Source: a virus. From it: a stretch of DNA of 64,000 bases. The notes beneath the pieces are model-generated. The model was not told where the DNA came from, did not search any database, and saw nothing but the letters and a program-made list of their open reading frames with translations. The stretch is from IMG/VR virus record IMGVR_UViG_3300002144_000072, positions 33,112-97,111 of that record. One strand, written 5' to 3'. Shown in pieces: positions 49,695 through 59,987 of the stretch (position 1 is its first letter; every line of letters starts with the position of its first letter). Made by a program: the position numbers and the translations under genes.

Positions 49695-52052
49695 TTACGC
49701 AAGTGTCACAGCGCCGGACATAACGTCGGCAATCTTAACTTGACCTGATTTAACAGTTTTTGGAACACCCTTAGTCATCTGTAGAGGAACAAAGTGTCCG
49801 CAATCGTTTGCTCCTGCATTGTTGTGCAGACCGTTCTGCGCAAAGAATCGCTGGCCAAATCCAGTATACACACCAGTCTTATTCATAGAATCCCACTTGT
49901 TATCTTTGTAGAAAAGAATGTCTGCGGCAGCACCGTAGTTGTGCCAACTACTGCCTGCCGGTGCTGCTTGGGGACCAGTGCCAGCTTTGTACGCAGCATA
50001 CAATGCATTACTGCGTTCAAACGAACGTAGACATTCAGATACACTGCAATCCCAACCTTGTGAAAAATATTCAGTGATAAATGCCTTAATACATTTAGCA
50101 AATACAATCCGTACAGCCGGTTCAAGTGTCATTAATCTAGTAGCTGTTTGCTTCGAATATTTGCTAGGAGCAAAATAATCCTCCGCCAATTGTACGCCAC
50201 CTGTAGCAATTGTAGGAGTGACTGCAGGTGTTGCTGCGGCTGCTCCTGTAGTTGGTGCATATTCGTTTATCTCCGAAACGTGGGCAGCAGTCTCAGTTAT
50301 TTGACTAGCTTCGGTTGCTGCTGTGTATTCTGCAGGCAATGCTCCGGACGTTTCTCTATCTGTAAATTCCGGAGTAAGGAATGTAGGCAACTGATTCTCG
50401 TGCAGTTGCCAAGGCTCGTGCATCGGAATACGTTTCATTATAGAAGTAATAGCGCCTGACTGATATTTTGTAGTAGGCCAATTTATCGGATTAGTCACTG
50501 GGTTAGAATGTGTACTCAACGGCGGAGCTTCTACTGCTGTACCTGCTTGTGTTGCACTTGCTGCGGCAGCAGCATCTGGACCGTTAATATCTACCCTAGA
50601 ACCTTTCATTACAATTGCGCCCGATGCACCAATATCTAGTGTAGCAGATCCTAGCTTGATCGATGTTCCTACGTTGATATCTAAATTTGTAGAACTTGTA
50701 AGTTTTATATCACTACCTGAAAATATATCAGTGGCGCCTAAAGTAGTAATTTTAGTATCCGTACCAACTCCTATGTCTAACGAGTTTCCAATAGTAGCAG
50801 TTGTCTTAGTTCCTACTTTAAGGTCCAAAGATTCTGCTACAAACACTTTCATATCAAGGCCAGCTCTTAAATGTATGTTTTGATTAAAATCACCATTCAG
50901 CCGTCCATTGGCTTTGATATTAACATTGCGGCCTGCTTCAAAGTTAAAGTCTCTATCTGCATAAAAATTAAAGTCGTTTTCAGTGTGTACAGAAATAGAG
51001 TCCTTGGCATAGATATCAATCTTTCCATTGCTGGATAATTCTATCCAAGCAGTACCTCTAGCATTACCAATGTAGATAAGGTCTTCGGCATTATGCATTA
51101 ACAATTGATGCCCTGTTCTGGTTCGAATTCTAAAGTGCTCGCCGTATGGAATTTCAGCTTGGCCAGTGCCTTTGCCTTCTAACAAGTCAACATAGTTTAC
51201 CGGACCATCTGATGCTGATGTAGCTCTATGATAACGATCATCACCGTCATCCATAACAAATTGTGTACCACCTAATCGACTAACTGGAACTGGTTCAGAC
51301 TGACTTTCTGCTGTGCCAATCTTAGCTTTCTTAGCACCGTTTCTACGATCAAGTGGACCAGGAGTAGAAATACCAAATACCATACTTGGTAATTCGCGCC
51401 TAGGAGATGAACTCGATACACCGCGAATATCATCCTCTAATAGCCCTTGTTCTAAGAATCTATCTGCAATAGGATGAATAACTTTTTTAATCTTATTAGG
51501 ATCGCCTGCTTGTTCTGTGCCATTTATGCGTTTGTTGATTTCGGCAACAGGCATGTTCAACGGCTTGCCTGTTAAATCTTTTAAAGGCCCGTATCTTGCT
51601 TTATCAGTAGGATCCATTGTGTACTGATCGCTGCCTGCAATAGCAGGAGTCATGTTGTTAACATATCTTCCGGGCACACATGCAAACCAATAGCCCTGGG
51701 CAGGATCACCGTTTACAAATAAAACAAGAACGTTAACACCAATGTCAGGTGGCACCATCCACATACCGTAGGATTTCTGTGTGTCATTAAATCCATCAAT
51801 TGTAGACTTTGATCCATCGTTCTTCCCCATGAATTCAAATGGAGTATACCCAAAGAAAGGCGATGCATACTTTACAATATAAGTTTGGCTATCTTCACCT
51901 GTTGCATTTGCTTGGGTTTTTAATAGTGTGACCTCAAGCGACCCCATAAACGAAGTGTCAAGGTGTGTGATAACTCTAGCAAGATATATGCCATCGGTTA
52001 GGCCGCCACTGCGTCCTTCTCCTTCTGCTGATGATCTAGTTTCTTGTGCCAT
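49695..52052 (-). CDS. gp5: Baseplate spike (gp5/VgrG-like) with a C-terminal M15 peptidase domain
   Basis: OB-fold PPDIG..VLV.F..GD, beta-helix repeats, C-terminal LRS...SWHNYGAAAD...DCGHF. Confidence 0.75.
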   Translation of the reverse strand: MAQETRSSAEGEGRSGGLTDGIYLARVITHLDTSFMGSLEVTLLKTQANATGEDSQTYIVKYASPFFGYTPFEFMGKNDGSKSTIDGFNDTQKSYGMWMVPPDIGVNVLVLFVNGDPAQGYWFACVPGRYVNNMTPAIAGSDQYTMDPTDKARYGPLKDLTGKPLNMPVAEINKRINGTEQAGDPNKIKKVIHPIADRFLEQGLLEDDIRGVSSSSPRRELPSMVFGISTPGPLDRRNGAKKAKIGTAESQSEPVPVSRLGGTQFVMDDGDDRYHRATSASDGPVNYVDLLEGKGTGQAEIPYGEHFRIRTRTGHQLLMHNAEDLIYIGNARGTAWIELSSNGKIDIYAKDSISVHTENDFNFYADRDFNFEAGRNVNIKANGRLNGDFNQNIHLRAGLDMKVFVAESLDLKVGTKTTATIGNSLDIGVGTDTKITTLGATDIFSGSDIKLTSSTNLDINVGTSIKLGSATLDIGASGAIVMKGSRVDINGPDAAAAASATQAGTAVEAPPLSTHSNPVTNPINWPTTKYQSGAITSIMKRIPMHEPWQLHENQLPTFLTPEFTDRETSGALPAEYTAATEASQITETAAHVSEINEYAPTTGAAAATPAVTPTIATGGVQLAEDYFAPSKYSKQTATRLMTLEPAVRIVFAKCIKAFITEYFSQGWDCSVSECLRSFERSNALYAAYKAGTGPQAAPAGSSWHNYGAAADILFYKDNKWDSMNKTGVYTGFGQRFFAQNGLHNNAGANDCGHFVPLQMTKGVPKTVKSGQVKIADVMSGAVTLA

Positions 52053-52080
52053 TAATTTACCTTATTGTTGTACAATGTTG

Positions 52081-54786
52081 TTATCCTCGTAATCCTGGTG
52101 GTTTCCAATTTCCAGTGTTTGCTTCTGTGCCGTCACTGAAATTTACAGTTTGATCGGGGCCCCGTGCAATTGCGGCGGTTGTAGCATTATTAGTAGTTGC
52201 ACTAGTAAACGGTACTGGCACTGGTGCTACTGCTGGTGCTACTGCTGCTGGTAAGTTTGAAGTTGGTGCTGCCACTGGTGTATTCGAATCTCTATAATAT
52301 CTATATCTGCCAGTTATTGGTTGAGAAGTATTTGAAGTTGTAGTAGTTCCGCCTGTAGTAGCACCCTTTGTTGACGGCGTGACTGCTGCACTTGCTGATC
52401 CTGGAACTACTGTGCGAGCGCCGCCTGTGCTTTCGACAACTGTTGTTGACGTAGCTTCTGGCTCTCCGACTTCCGTCACTCTATTATCTGTTGGAGACAC
52501 TGGCATTGGTGTTCCTTTTTCAAGTACAGCATTAGTTTCAACTTCCGGACCTTGTGGACCAGGCATCCTTAAACATTTCAATTTTTGTGTCCACTGCCCG
52601 TCTTTAAATATATTGTCACAAGCGTTCACACGATATATACCACCAAACGGACTTTCTTTTCCTGAAGTTGAAAAGTCGTACAATCCAGTTTTTTCATTAA
52701 TGTCAATAGGAGTTTGGAATGACAGGTACACATAGATATTGCCACTTTCGTAATTCATTGTGCCGTCTTCTGTTATTTGATCTTCGGGACCAGCATTTGC
52801 AAAATAGTTTCCTACGCCACTATCAACTAACCAATACGGATCTCCTAATATTTCTAGATCAACACTTACCATGTCTGCACTACTTCCGCTGATGAATGCA
52901 TTTTGAAAAGTTTCTGCAATGTTCTGCTCTGTAGTTTTATCGCTTGATCCGCCCTTATAGCCCATTAACAATTTAGGGTCTCTTGCAGTTCTTGCCCGAC
53001 CCATCTGTGCTGCTTGTGCTGCTGGCGCTTTACCTTCGCCTGTTTTTGTTGTATTGTTTTGTCTTTCGCCTATACCTTGCTGATCTTTGTTGCCTGTTGT
53101 AGATCCTTGGTTTTCCGGTGCTGGGTTTCCAGCAGTATAAAACAAGTTATTAATAGCAATCTCAAACTTTATAATGTCTGCATTTTGCCCAGTGTATATA
53201 TAATTGTAATCTTTAGCAATCAACTTCATTAATTCGTTATATCCGACTGGAGCTGAAGTGACGTTAGAGAATATCGATTGATGTACAAAATAAGGAACTA
53301 CTCGATAGGTTATCTTTTTAGCATAATCTGCAACTAGCGCATCATACTCTAATAATTCAATCTGTACATCTAACTTAAACCATTTAATATATCCAGGGCC
53401 GAATGGCTTCTCTGTAATTGCTTTTTTAGCATAATCAGAGCTAAGAATTACTTGATTGATCATCGAAGTCAACGACTGGCCTTGCCCAAATTGAAATGCT
53501 CTATTCTTAGGGTCTATTGTAATTCCGTCTCTTTTAAGAACGCCTGTCTTGGTATCCCACACATCACTTGATCGCTGAAATAACGGGTTGCCGCCGCTTA
53601 GAACATCAAATCCTAAGCTAGCTATAGCAAGATCATTTTTTTCAGGTTCAGCAGAGGTCACTGTAGTTCCTGGGGCAATTGTTATAGGATATTTTAGATT
53701 TGGTTTTTCTGTTGCCTTATTAGTCTTTGGCGGAGTTCCACCTGCAGAATACCAATCGCTGGCAGTTTTAGGAAACTGAATTTCATATTGATCAGGAATA
53801 GAGATTCGTTTTTCTTTTACTAACTTAGCTTCGTTTTTATTAAGTGCAGATGCAAGACTGTTTTCGCTGCCGTTTAACAAATCATAAACATCGCCCTTGC
53901 CAGCCTTCGTTCCAGATATTTTTATATCTGTATATGTGACATTCATTGCATCTGAGAAGCCTTGCTGGTTATAAGGTATAGCTTCTACTTTATATGTACT
54001 TCCGCCTTCATTTACCGTAAACTTCATAGAAGTTATCTTCATTACAAAAAACTTAGGCTTTACCGATGATATGTTTTGACCTAACTCATTGTATCCTTGG
54101 ATGTCCATCCGTAATACATATGGTGCATTGTCTAGATAACTAAGGTATTTTGCTTTCACTGCGGCATTTTGCATACTTTGTAAAAGCAATCCCATAGAAT
54201 ACGGTTCAAAGATTTCAAAACTAAATTTAAATGCATTACTGTTTCCAGTCTGTGTAGAAGCAGAAATTAGACATCTCATTTGAAAGTCATTAACATAATA
54301 CTCTGGGGTACCAAAAAAAGTTTTAACACGCTGATCGTCAAAGCGGCCGCCTGATGCAAAAATTATATTAGGCAACGAATTAGGCGTCTCCCTGTAAGAT
54401 TTAGGTTTATTAAATTGCTGAGGAGTTAAGCATGCCAGAGTCCATAATATATTAACAGAGGAAAACTTCTCCATAACGTTAGGTGAAAGGCCAGGTAATG
54501 TCTTACGACTATAACTTGCTGTTGTTTTTGTATCTTCAACAATAGTTGAATTGCCAGACTTGTCTAGTTTGTCAGTTGCCTTGGGCAGAAACTTAGCTGT
54601 TATCCTAGACACTTCGCCTACATTCATGTAAGTGTTTGTGGGGTTAGAAATCGCTAGCGTGCCGTCAGGCTTTTTTGCTATTAAGTCAGTTATTGGACTT
54701 AGTGCCCTAGTTGCAAGGTTAGCAACGTTAGTATTTCCAATACTATTATATAGTTGCGGTACGATATTTTTTAAAAAGTCTGCCAC
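52081..54786 (-). CDS. Baseplate hub protein (gp27-like position)
   Basis: FEIFEPYS, LEILGDPYWL, GIYRV...F.DGQWTQKL...R; lies between gp53 and gp5. Confidence 0.6.
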   Translation of the reverse strand: MADFLKNIVPQLYNSIGNTNVANLATRALSPITDLIAKKPDGTLAISNPTNTYMNVGEVSRITAKFLPKATDKLDKSGNSTIVEDTKTTASYSRKTLPGLSPNVMEKFSSVNILWTLACLTPQQFNKPKSYRETPNSLPNIIFASGGRFDDQRVKTFFGTPEYYVNDFQMRCLISASTQTGNSNAFKFSFEIFEPYSMGLLLQSMQNAAVKAKYLSYLDNAPYVLRMDIQGYNELGQNISSVKPKFFVMKITSMKFTVNEGGSTYKVEAIPYNQQGFSDAMNVTYTDIKISGTKAGKGDVYDLLNGSENSLASALNKNEAKLVKEKRISIPDQYEIQFPKTASDWYSAGGTPPKTNKATEKPNLKYPITIAPGTTVTSAEPEKNDLAIASLGFDVLSGGNPLFQRSSDVWDTKTGVLKRDGITIDPKNRAFQFGQGQSLTSMINQVILSSDYAKKAITEKPFGPGYIKWFKLDVQIELLEYDALVADYAKKITYRVVPYFVHQSIFSNVTSAPVGYNELMKLIAKDYNYIYTGQNADIIKFEIAINNLFYTAGNPAPENQGSTTGNKDQQGIGERQNNTTKTGEGKAPAAQAAQMGRARTARDPKLLMGYKGGSSDKTTEQNIAETFQNAFISGSSADMVSVDLEILGDPYWLVDSGVGNYFANAGPEDQITEDGTMNYESGNIYVYLSFQTPIDINEKTGLYDFSTSGKESPFGGIYRVNACDNIFKDGQWTQKLKCLRMPGPQGPEVETNAVLEKGTPMPVSPTDNRVTEVGEPEATSTTVVESTGGARTVVPGSASAAVTPSTKGATTGGTTTTSNTSQPITGRYRYYRDSNTPVAAPTSNLPAAVAPAVAPVPVPFTSATTNNATTAAIARGPDQTVNFSDGTEANTGNWKPPGLRG

Positions 54787-54787
54787 A

Positions 54788-55087
54788 TTATACTCCTAGA
54801 AACTTCTGCAAATTGCTTTTCTTAGGTAGGTAAATTCTAGTTCCGGGAGTAAAATCATAGATGGGATCTCGGAGTACCGACATATTTCGTTGAACAAACA
54901 CCCACCATAGCTTAGGAGTTCCGTATAAGTCGTATGCTAATAAATCAGGACGATGTTTATATTGGTTCTCAATAATATATGTGAAGTCGTCATCCTCAGC
55001 TGGAATTGGCCGAATGTTTAATAATTCCAAGTATAACGAATTTTTTGTGGTAGTTGCCCACGGCGTAGAATTTCCGTAATTTGCCAT
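54788..55087 (-). CDS. gp53: Baseplate wedge protein gp53-like
   Basis: RPDLLAYDLYGTPKLWWVF..RN. Confidence 0.8.
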   Translation of the reverse strand: MANYGNSTPWATTTKNSLYLELLNIRPIPAEDDDFTYIIENQYKHRPDLLAYDLYGTPKLWWVFVQRNMSVLRDPIYDFTPGTRIYLPKKSNLQKFLGV

Positions 55088-55088
55088 A

Positions 55089-56201
55089 TTAAATGTATCC
55101 CACTCCGCCTGATTCTGTCATCTTGCCAGCGGCATAGTTTTGCAGGTTAAACTTGCGCAATCTTTCTCTACTGTATACAGGGCTAACTGTGACTGATATT
55201 GTACTCATTACTGGTACCCAGGTGTTGGTGCCAAATGTATTGCAACGAACATAGTTCACATCGTCTTTTAAGTCTACACTAAAATTTTTAATGATAATTG
55301 GAACTTTGTCAAAGATGCTTGCGCCGTATCCTGTTAAATTACACACCAGTGGAGGATTGCCTGCGAATTCCCCTTGACCGTAAAACATTTTAGTTGCTGT
55401 TTTAAAGAATGTAGTTGCGGCAATCCAGTATGCTGCATCGGATTCTGTTTCGCAACTGAACTCGCCTGCAATTATAATATCTTCTACTGAACTTCCTTTG
55501 TAAGCATGAACTGTGTAATTACTATGAGTAGGATTTAAAGCAGTGTAGTCTGCTTTTGTACTAACTGTGATATTTGGCAAATACGGCCAAACAACACCGC
55601 CTGTGTCAGACAATCTTGCGAATAATGGATTTCCCTTAAACAAGTCCCACTGGCATGTAATTCGTACCCGCCAGTCATCTTTTGCCCCTGGTTGAAGCTT
55701 GATTGCTGAACCGGTTTGTTTTGTAAATTCTGCACCTGCTGGAAGATTTGCTCCACGTTTTAAGCTAAGGATATTGTTGAGCATACCTGCTGCTGTTGAT
55801 AATCCACCTGCAAGGCTCTTTATACCTGTGGCTAAACTACCTCCAGATATTTTAGATAGGGCGGCAATGTTCTCGCCAAGATTTCCAGCAACAGACACAG
55901 CACTGGCTGCGTTTTGTAAAGTACTAATAGCGCCACCAGCTAGGTTTTGAACGCCACCTACTGCATTTTGTATAGTGCTAGCCCCTGGCATTGACCCTAA
56001 TGCTCCAGTGGCTAACGACTGCGCTTGTGATGACAGAGCGTTTAGTCCTGACCCTAATTCTCCGGATTTTTGGCTAATTAATTGTTCTAATCTATCTTTA
56101 TTTGCCGAACTAACTGCATCTGATGCTTGGGTAAATGCTTCAGTCACAGTTTCAGAAGCTTTGCTTAATGCTGCTGTAATTGGGTTTATTGATAATGGCA
56201 T
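55089..56201 (-). CDS. Baseplate tail-tube initiator/cap (gp48/gp54-like)
   Basis: WPYLPNI, PPLV.NL.GYG, VPIIIKNFSVDL, WVP...ISVT tube-fold pattern; next to gp53. Confidence 0.6.
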   Translation of the reverse strand: MPLSINPITAALSKASETVTEAFTQASDAVSSANKDRLEQLISQKSGELGSGLNALSSQAQSLATGALGSMPGASTIQNAVGGVQNLAGGAISTLQNAASAVSVAGNLGENIAALSKISGGSLATGIKSLAGGLSTAAGMLNNILSLKRGANLPAGAEFTKQTGSAIKLQPGAKDDWRVRITCQWDLFKGNPLFARLSDTGGVVWPYLPNITVSTKADYTALNPTHSNYTVHAYKGSSVEDIIIAGEFSCETESDAAYWIAATTFFKTATKMFYGQGEFAGNPPLVCNLTGYGASIFDKVPIIIKNFSVDLKDDVNYVRCNTFGTNTWVPVMSTISVTVSPVYSRERLRKFNLQNYAAGKMTESGGVGYI

Positions 56202-56238
56202 TTTGGTGAAATTCCTTAACTTATTTCGTCTTATAGTC

Positions 56239-56245
56239 TATTTAT
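56239..56245 (-). promoter_or_regulatory. Late promoter core ATAAATA heading the structural operon
   Basis: In the divergent intergenic gap. Confidence 0.6.
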
Positions 56246-56294
56246 TCTGTTAAAAATGTGCTATTATATTAGTATTAATGGAGAACCCTATCTA

Positions 56295-57170
56295 ATGATT
56301 GTACAAAAAGTAAAGTACCTTACTAACAAAGATCTGCTTAGAGAAATACATAAAAGCAAAAAATCGTTCAGTACATACACTGATATGGCTTACAGCGACT
56401 ACGACATTATTTTACCTAGTATAGATAAAATTAATATCAGGACCGTTGCTGAAGCAAAACGCAATCAGGCTAAACGCCTGTCACAAGAAGCTCATGCTGC
56501 GGCTGTTCTAGCAGGAGGCAAAAAACTTCCCTCAAAGGAATTTGAAATAGATTACAAAAAAATAGACAAGCACGATCTAGTGTTTCGAATTATGTCATTT
56601 GAACATGTGCCGCTTGCTCCAGGCCGCAAGAAAACTGTTAAAACTACTGCTGACAGTCACGAAAAAGTAAACTTTCCTCCATACCAACATTGGAAATTTG
56701 ACGACACTGATAATCTTATCTGCGTTGGAAAAAGTCATTGGAAGGGCGGACTAGGCAACGGACACTTTTGTAAAGACCACGGGCAAATGACAAATGATCT
56801 TGCTCGCATGTTTTTAAAGCTATGTGAACGATATGCTACTAGAGGCAACGTTCGAGGCTATACTTACAACGACGAAATGAAAGGTCAAGCGATCCTACAA
56901 CTAACACAAATAGGACTACAGTTTGACGAATCTAAAAGCGATAATCCCTTTGCCTATTATACTGCCGCTGTCACTAATAGCTTTGTGCGTATTATTAATA
57001 TTGAAAAGCGCAATCAAAATATCAGAGATGACATCTTAGAAATGAATGGAATGAATCCTAGTTGGACTAGACAGAATGCCAATAGTGGTGAACACATCGA
57101 ACGTGCGCAAAGCACCGTGACAGAAACAAATGCTCCTGTTCCTGAAACAAATGAAGAACCTAAAGATTGA
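56295..57170 (+). CDS. gp55: Late-transcription sigma factor; start revised to 56295
   Basis: YLTNKDLL; GYTYNDEM; FDESKSDNPFAYYT....NSF.R...EK; upstream of gp47/gp46 as in T4. Confidence 0.85.
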   Translation: MIVQKVKYLTNKDLLREIHKSKKSFSTYTDMAYSDYDIILPSIDKINIRTVAEAKRNQAKRLSQEAHAAAVLAGGKKLPSKEFEIDYKKIDKHDLVFRIMSFEHVPLAPGRKKTVKTTADSHEKVNFPPYQHWKFDDTDNLICVGKSHWKGGLGNGHFCKDHGQMTNDLARMFLKLCERYATRGNVRGYTYNDEMKGQAILQLTQIGLQFDESKSDNPFAYYTAAVTNSFVRIINIEKRNQNIRDDILEMNGMNPSWTRQNANSGEHIERAQSTVTETNAPVPETNEEPKD

Positions 57171-57195
57171 CATTTAACCACAGGGGTTGTATAAT
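57167..57195 (+). promoter_or_regulatory. Consensus sigma70 promoter TTGACA-17-TATAAT before gp47
   Basis: TTGACA 57167-57172, TATAAT 57190-57195, ATG 57202. Confidence 0.8.
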
Positions 57196-57201
57196 TATAG
57201 T

Positions 57202-58212
57202 ATGAATCTATTTAAAAAAGCAGCATGTTTCACAGACATTCATTTCGGTATGAAGTCTGGTAGTCGTACACACAATCAAGATTGCGAAGATTTCGTTTCT
57301 TGGTTTTGTAAAACCGCAAAAGAGGAAGGTGCAGAAACTTGCATCTTTCTAGGAGACTGGCATCATAATCGCAGCACTACAGACGTTAGTACTATGAATT
57401 ACACTGTCAGCAACTTAGAGAAGCTGAGCAAAAGTTTTGAAAAAGTCTATTTTATTCTAGGCAATCACGATCTGTTCTACAAAGACAAGCGTGAGATCAA
57501 CTCTGTTGAGTTTATGCGCTTGTTCCCTAACATTATTCCTGTTAAAGAACGCTTCACACAAGGCGATGTGACTATCATGCCTTGGCTAGTAGGCGACGAG
57601 TGGAAAACTGTACCCGACATTAAAAGTCGATACATGTTTGCACACTTAGAACTACCTAGCTTTTATATGAACGCTATGGTACAGATGCCCGACCACGGTA
57701 CTATTCAAGCAGGACATTTTGCTAATCAAGAGTATGTGTTTACTGGACATTTCCACAAGCGTCAGAATAATAGAAACATCTGGTACATGGGCAATGCGTT
57801 TCCACATAACTATGCAGATGCATGGGACGACGACCGAGGTATGATGATACTAGACTGGGGCGGCAAGCCAGAGTTTCATACTTGGCCTGAACAGCCTACC
57901 TTTAGAACTTACAAACTAAGTCAGGTAATAGATAATCCCGACGGCTTGCTTCGTAAAAACATGCACTGCCGTGTCACTATTGACTTGCCTATTAGTTTTG
58001 AAGAAGCAAACTTCATCAAAGAAAACTTCATACCGCAGTACAATCTGCGAGAGCTTATGCTTATTCCTGAAAAGGTTGAAGTAGAATCAAACGCAGTTCC
58101 TATCGATATGACTTTTGAAAGTGTTGATACTATTGTTATGAATCAAATCAACGCCATTGATAGTGAGACTTACAATCGAGGCCTATTATTGGACATTTAT
58201 AGAAACCTATGA
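57202..58212 (+). CDS. gp47: Recombination endonuclease subunit (Mre11/SbcD-like)
   Basis: TDIHFG, LGDWHH, GNHD, GHFH metallophosphoesterase motifs. Confidence 0.92.
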   Translation: MNLFKKAACFTDIHFGMKSGSRTHNQDCEDFVSWFCKTAKEEGAETCIFLGDWHHNRSTTDVSTMNYTVSNLEKLSKSFEKVYFILGNHDLFYKDKREINSVEFMRLFPNIIPVKERFTQGDVTIMPWLVGDEWKTVPDIKSRYMFAHLELPSFYMNAMVQMPDHGTIQAGHFANQEYVFTGHFHKRQNNRNIWYMGNAFPHNYADAWDDDRGMMILDWGGKPEFHTWPEQPTFRTYKLSQVIDNPDGLLRKNMHCRVTIDLPISFEEANFIKENFIPQYNLRELMLIPEKVEVESNAVPIDMTFESVDTIVMNQINAIDSETYNRGLLLDIYRNL

Positions 58213-59987
58213 TCAAGATTAAAAATTTAACAGTACGCAACTTTATGAGCGTGGGCAATCAGACCCAAGCTATCGACTTTGACAAAGGTCAACTAACTCT
58301 TGTGCTAGGTGAGAACTTAGACCTAGGCGGAGATGACAGCGGTGCTCGAAATGGTACAGGTAAGACAACTATTATTAATGGTCTTAGCTATGGTATCTAC
58401 GGCAATGCACTGACTAACATCAAGAAAGACAATCTTGTTAACAAGATTAACAACAAAGCTATGTTAGTCACTGTGACTTTTGAAAAACACGGAGTTGAGT
58501 ATCACATCGAACGTGGTCGTAAACCTAACTTTCTAAAGTTTAGCATCAACGGTCAAGAGCAAGCACAGCTTGACAAAGATGAAAGCCAAGGTGACAGCCG
58601 CGAAACTCAGAAATCAATTGAAGAATTGTTTGGTATGACTCACGATATGTTTAAACATCTTGTGGCGTTGAATACTTACACAGAACCGTTCCTTTCTATG
58701 AAGGCTGGAGATCAACGCAACATTATCGAACAGTTGCTAGGCATTACATTGCTTTCAGAAAAAGCAGAAGCGCTTAAAGAACAAATTAAGATTTCTAAAG
58801 ATGCTATTGCTACAGAAAATACTCGCATCGAAACTATTAAGTCATCTAACGATCGTATTCAACAGAGTATCGATGCGCTTGAACGCAAACAGCGCATGTG
58901 GGATGAAACAAAAGAAAAGAATATTGAAAACATTCTAAAAGGCATTGACACACTTAGCACAATTGATGCTGAGGCTGAAATTGCAGCACACAGAGAGATT
59001 GTAATTTATAATCAAAAGCGTAAAGATATTAACGAACTTACAGGCTGGGTTAATCGTTGCGATCTTGATCTTACTAAAGAAGAAAAAACATCCGAACGAT
59101 TAAAGAAAGAAGTTGCAGATCTAGAAGATCACAAGTGCTATGCTTGCGGTCAAGAGATGCACGACGAAAAACACGAAGAAGTGCTTTCTGCTAAAAAGAA
59201 AGCTCTACAAGAATCCGCATTGCAGTATCTAACAACACAGTCTCAAATGTTAGAACACACTGATGCTATTAAGGCGCTGGGCGAACTAAATGACTGCCCT
59301 AAAGTTCAGTACGACAGTTTAGAAGAAGCACTTAATCACAAGAATACAATTGATAGCTTGATCAAAGAGCTAGAGATTAAAGAGGTTGAACAAAATCCGT
59401 ACTTTGAGCAGATTGAAGAACTTAAACATAGTGCCGTACAGGAAATTAATTGGGAAGCAGTGAATGAGCTTATAAAGCTCAAAGACCATCAAGAGTTTTT
59501 GAATAAGCTGTTGACCAGTAAAGATAGTTTTGTACGCAAACGAATTATTGATCAGAACTTAGCTCACTTGAATCAACGTCTAACATACTATCTTGATAAA
59601 ATTGGCTTACCACATCTTGTAGAATTTCAAAACGACCTAAGTGTTATTATTACACAGCTAGGTCAAGATCTAGACTTTGATAACTTGAGTCGCGGTGAGC
59701 GCAATCGTTTGATTCTAAGCATGAGCTGGGCATTCCGCGATGTATGGGAAAACTTATATCACCCTATCAACTTACTGTTCATCGACGAGCTAGTTGACAG
59801 CGGCATGGATGCTAGTGGAGTTGAATCAAGTATTGCAGTACTTAAAAAGATGACTCGTGAACGGAATAAGAATGTATTCTTGATTTCGCACAGGGACGAT
59901 CTAACAAGCCGGGTAAATCATGTACTAAAAGTTATTAAAGAAAACGGATTTACTAGCTACAGCAACGATGTGGATATTATTGCCTAA
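58209..59987 (+). CDS. gp46: Recombination ATPase subunit (Rad50/SbcC-like)
   Basis: NGTGKTT Walker A, CYAC zinc hook, LSRGE signature, FIDE, ISH. Confidence 0.93.
   Translation: MIKIKNLTVRNFMSVGNQTQAIDFDKGQLTLVLGENLDLGGDDSGARNGTGKTTIINGLSYGIYGNALTNIKKDNLVNKINNKAMLVTVTFEKHGVEYHIERGRKPNFLKFSINGQEQAQLDKDESQGDSRETQKSIEELFGMTHDMFKHLVALNTYTEPFLSMKAGDQRNIIEQLLGITLLSEKAEALKEQIKISKDAIATENTRIETIKSSNDRIQQSIDALERKQRMWDETKEKNIENILKGIDTLSTIDAEAEIAAHREIVIYNQKRKDINELTGWVNRCDLDLTKEEKTSERLKKEVADLEDHKCYACGQEMHDEKHEEVLSAKKKALQESALQYLTTQSQMLEHTDAIKALGELNDCPKVQYDSLEEALNHKNTIDSLIKELEIKEVEQNPYFEQIEELKHSAVQEINWEAVNELIKLKDHQEFLNKLLTSKDSFVRKRIIDQNLAHLNQRLTYYLDKIGLPHLVEFQNDLSVIITQLGQDLDFDNLSRGERNRLILSMSWAFRDVWENLYHPINLLFIDELVDSGMDASGVESSIAVLKKMTRERNKNVFLISHRDDLTSRVNHVLKVIKENGFTSYSNDVDIIA

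Noticed and set aside
20898-56253. Many + strand ORFs of 60-180 aa opposite the structural genes
   Set aside because: They are antisense shadows of long - strand genes with biased codon use and have no recognisable motifs.
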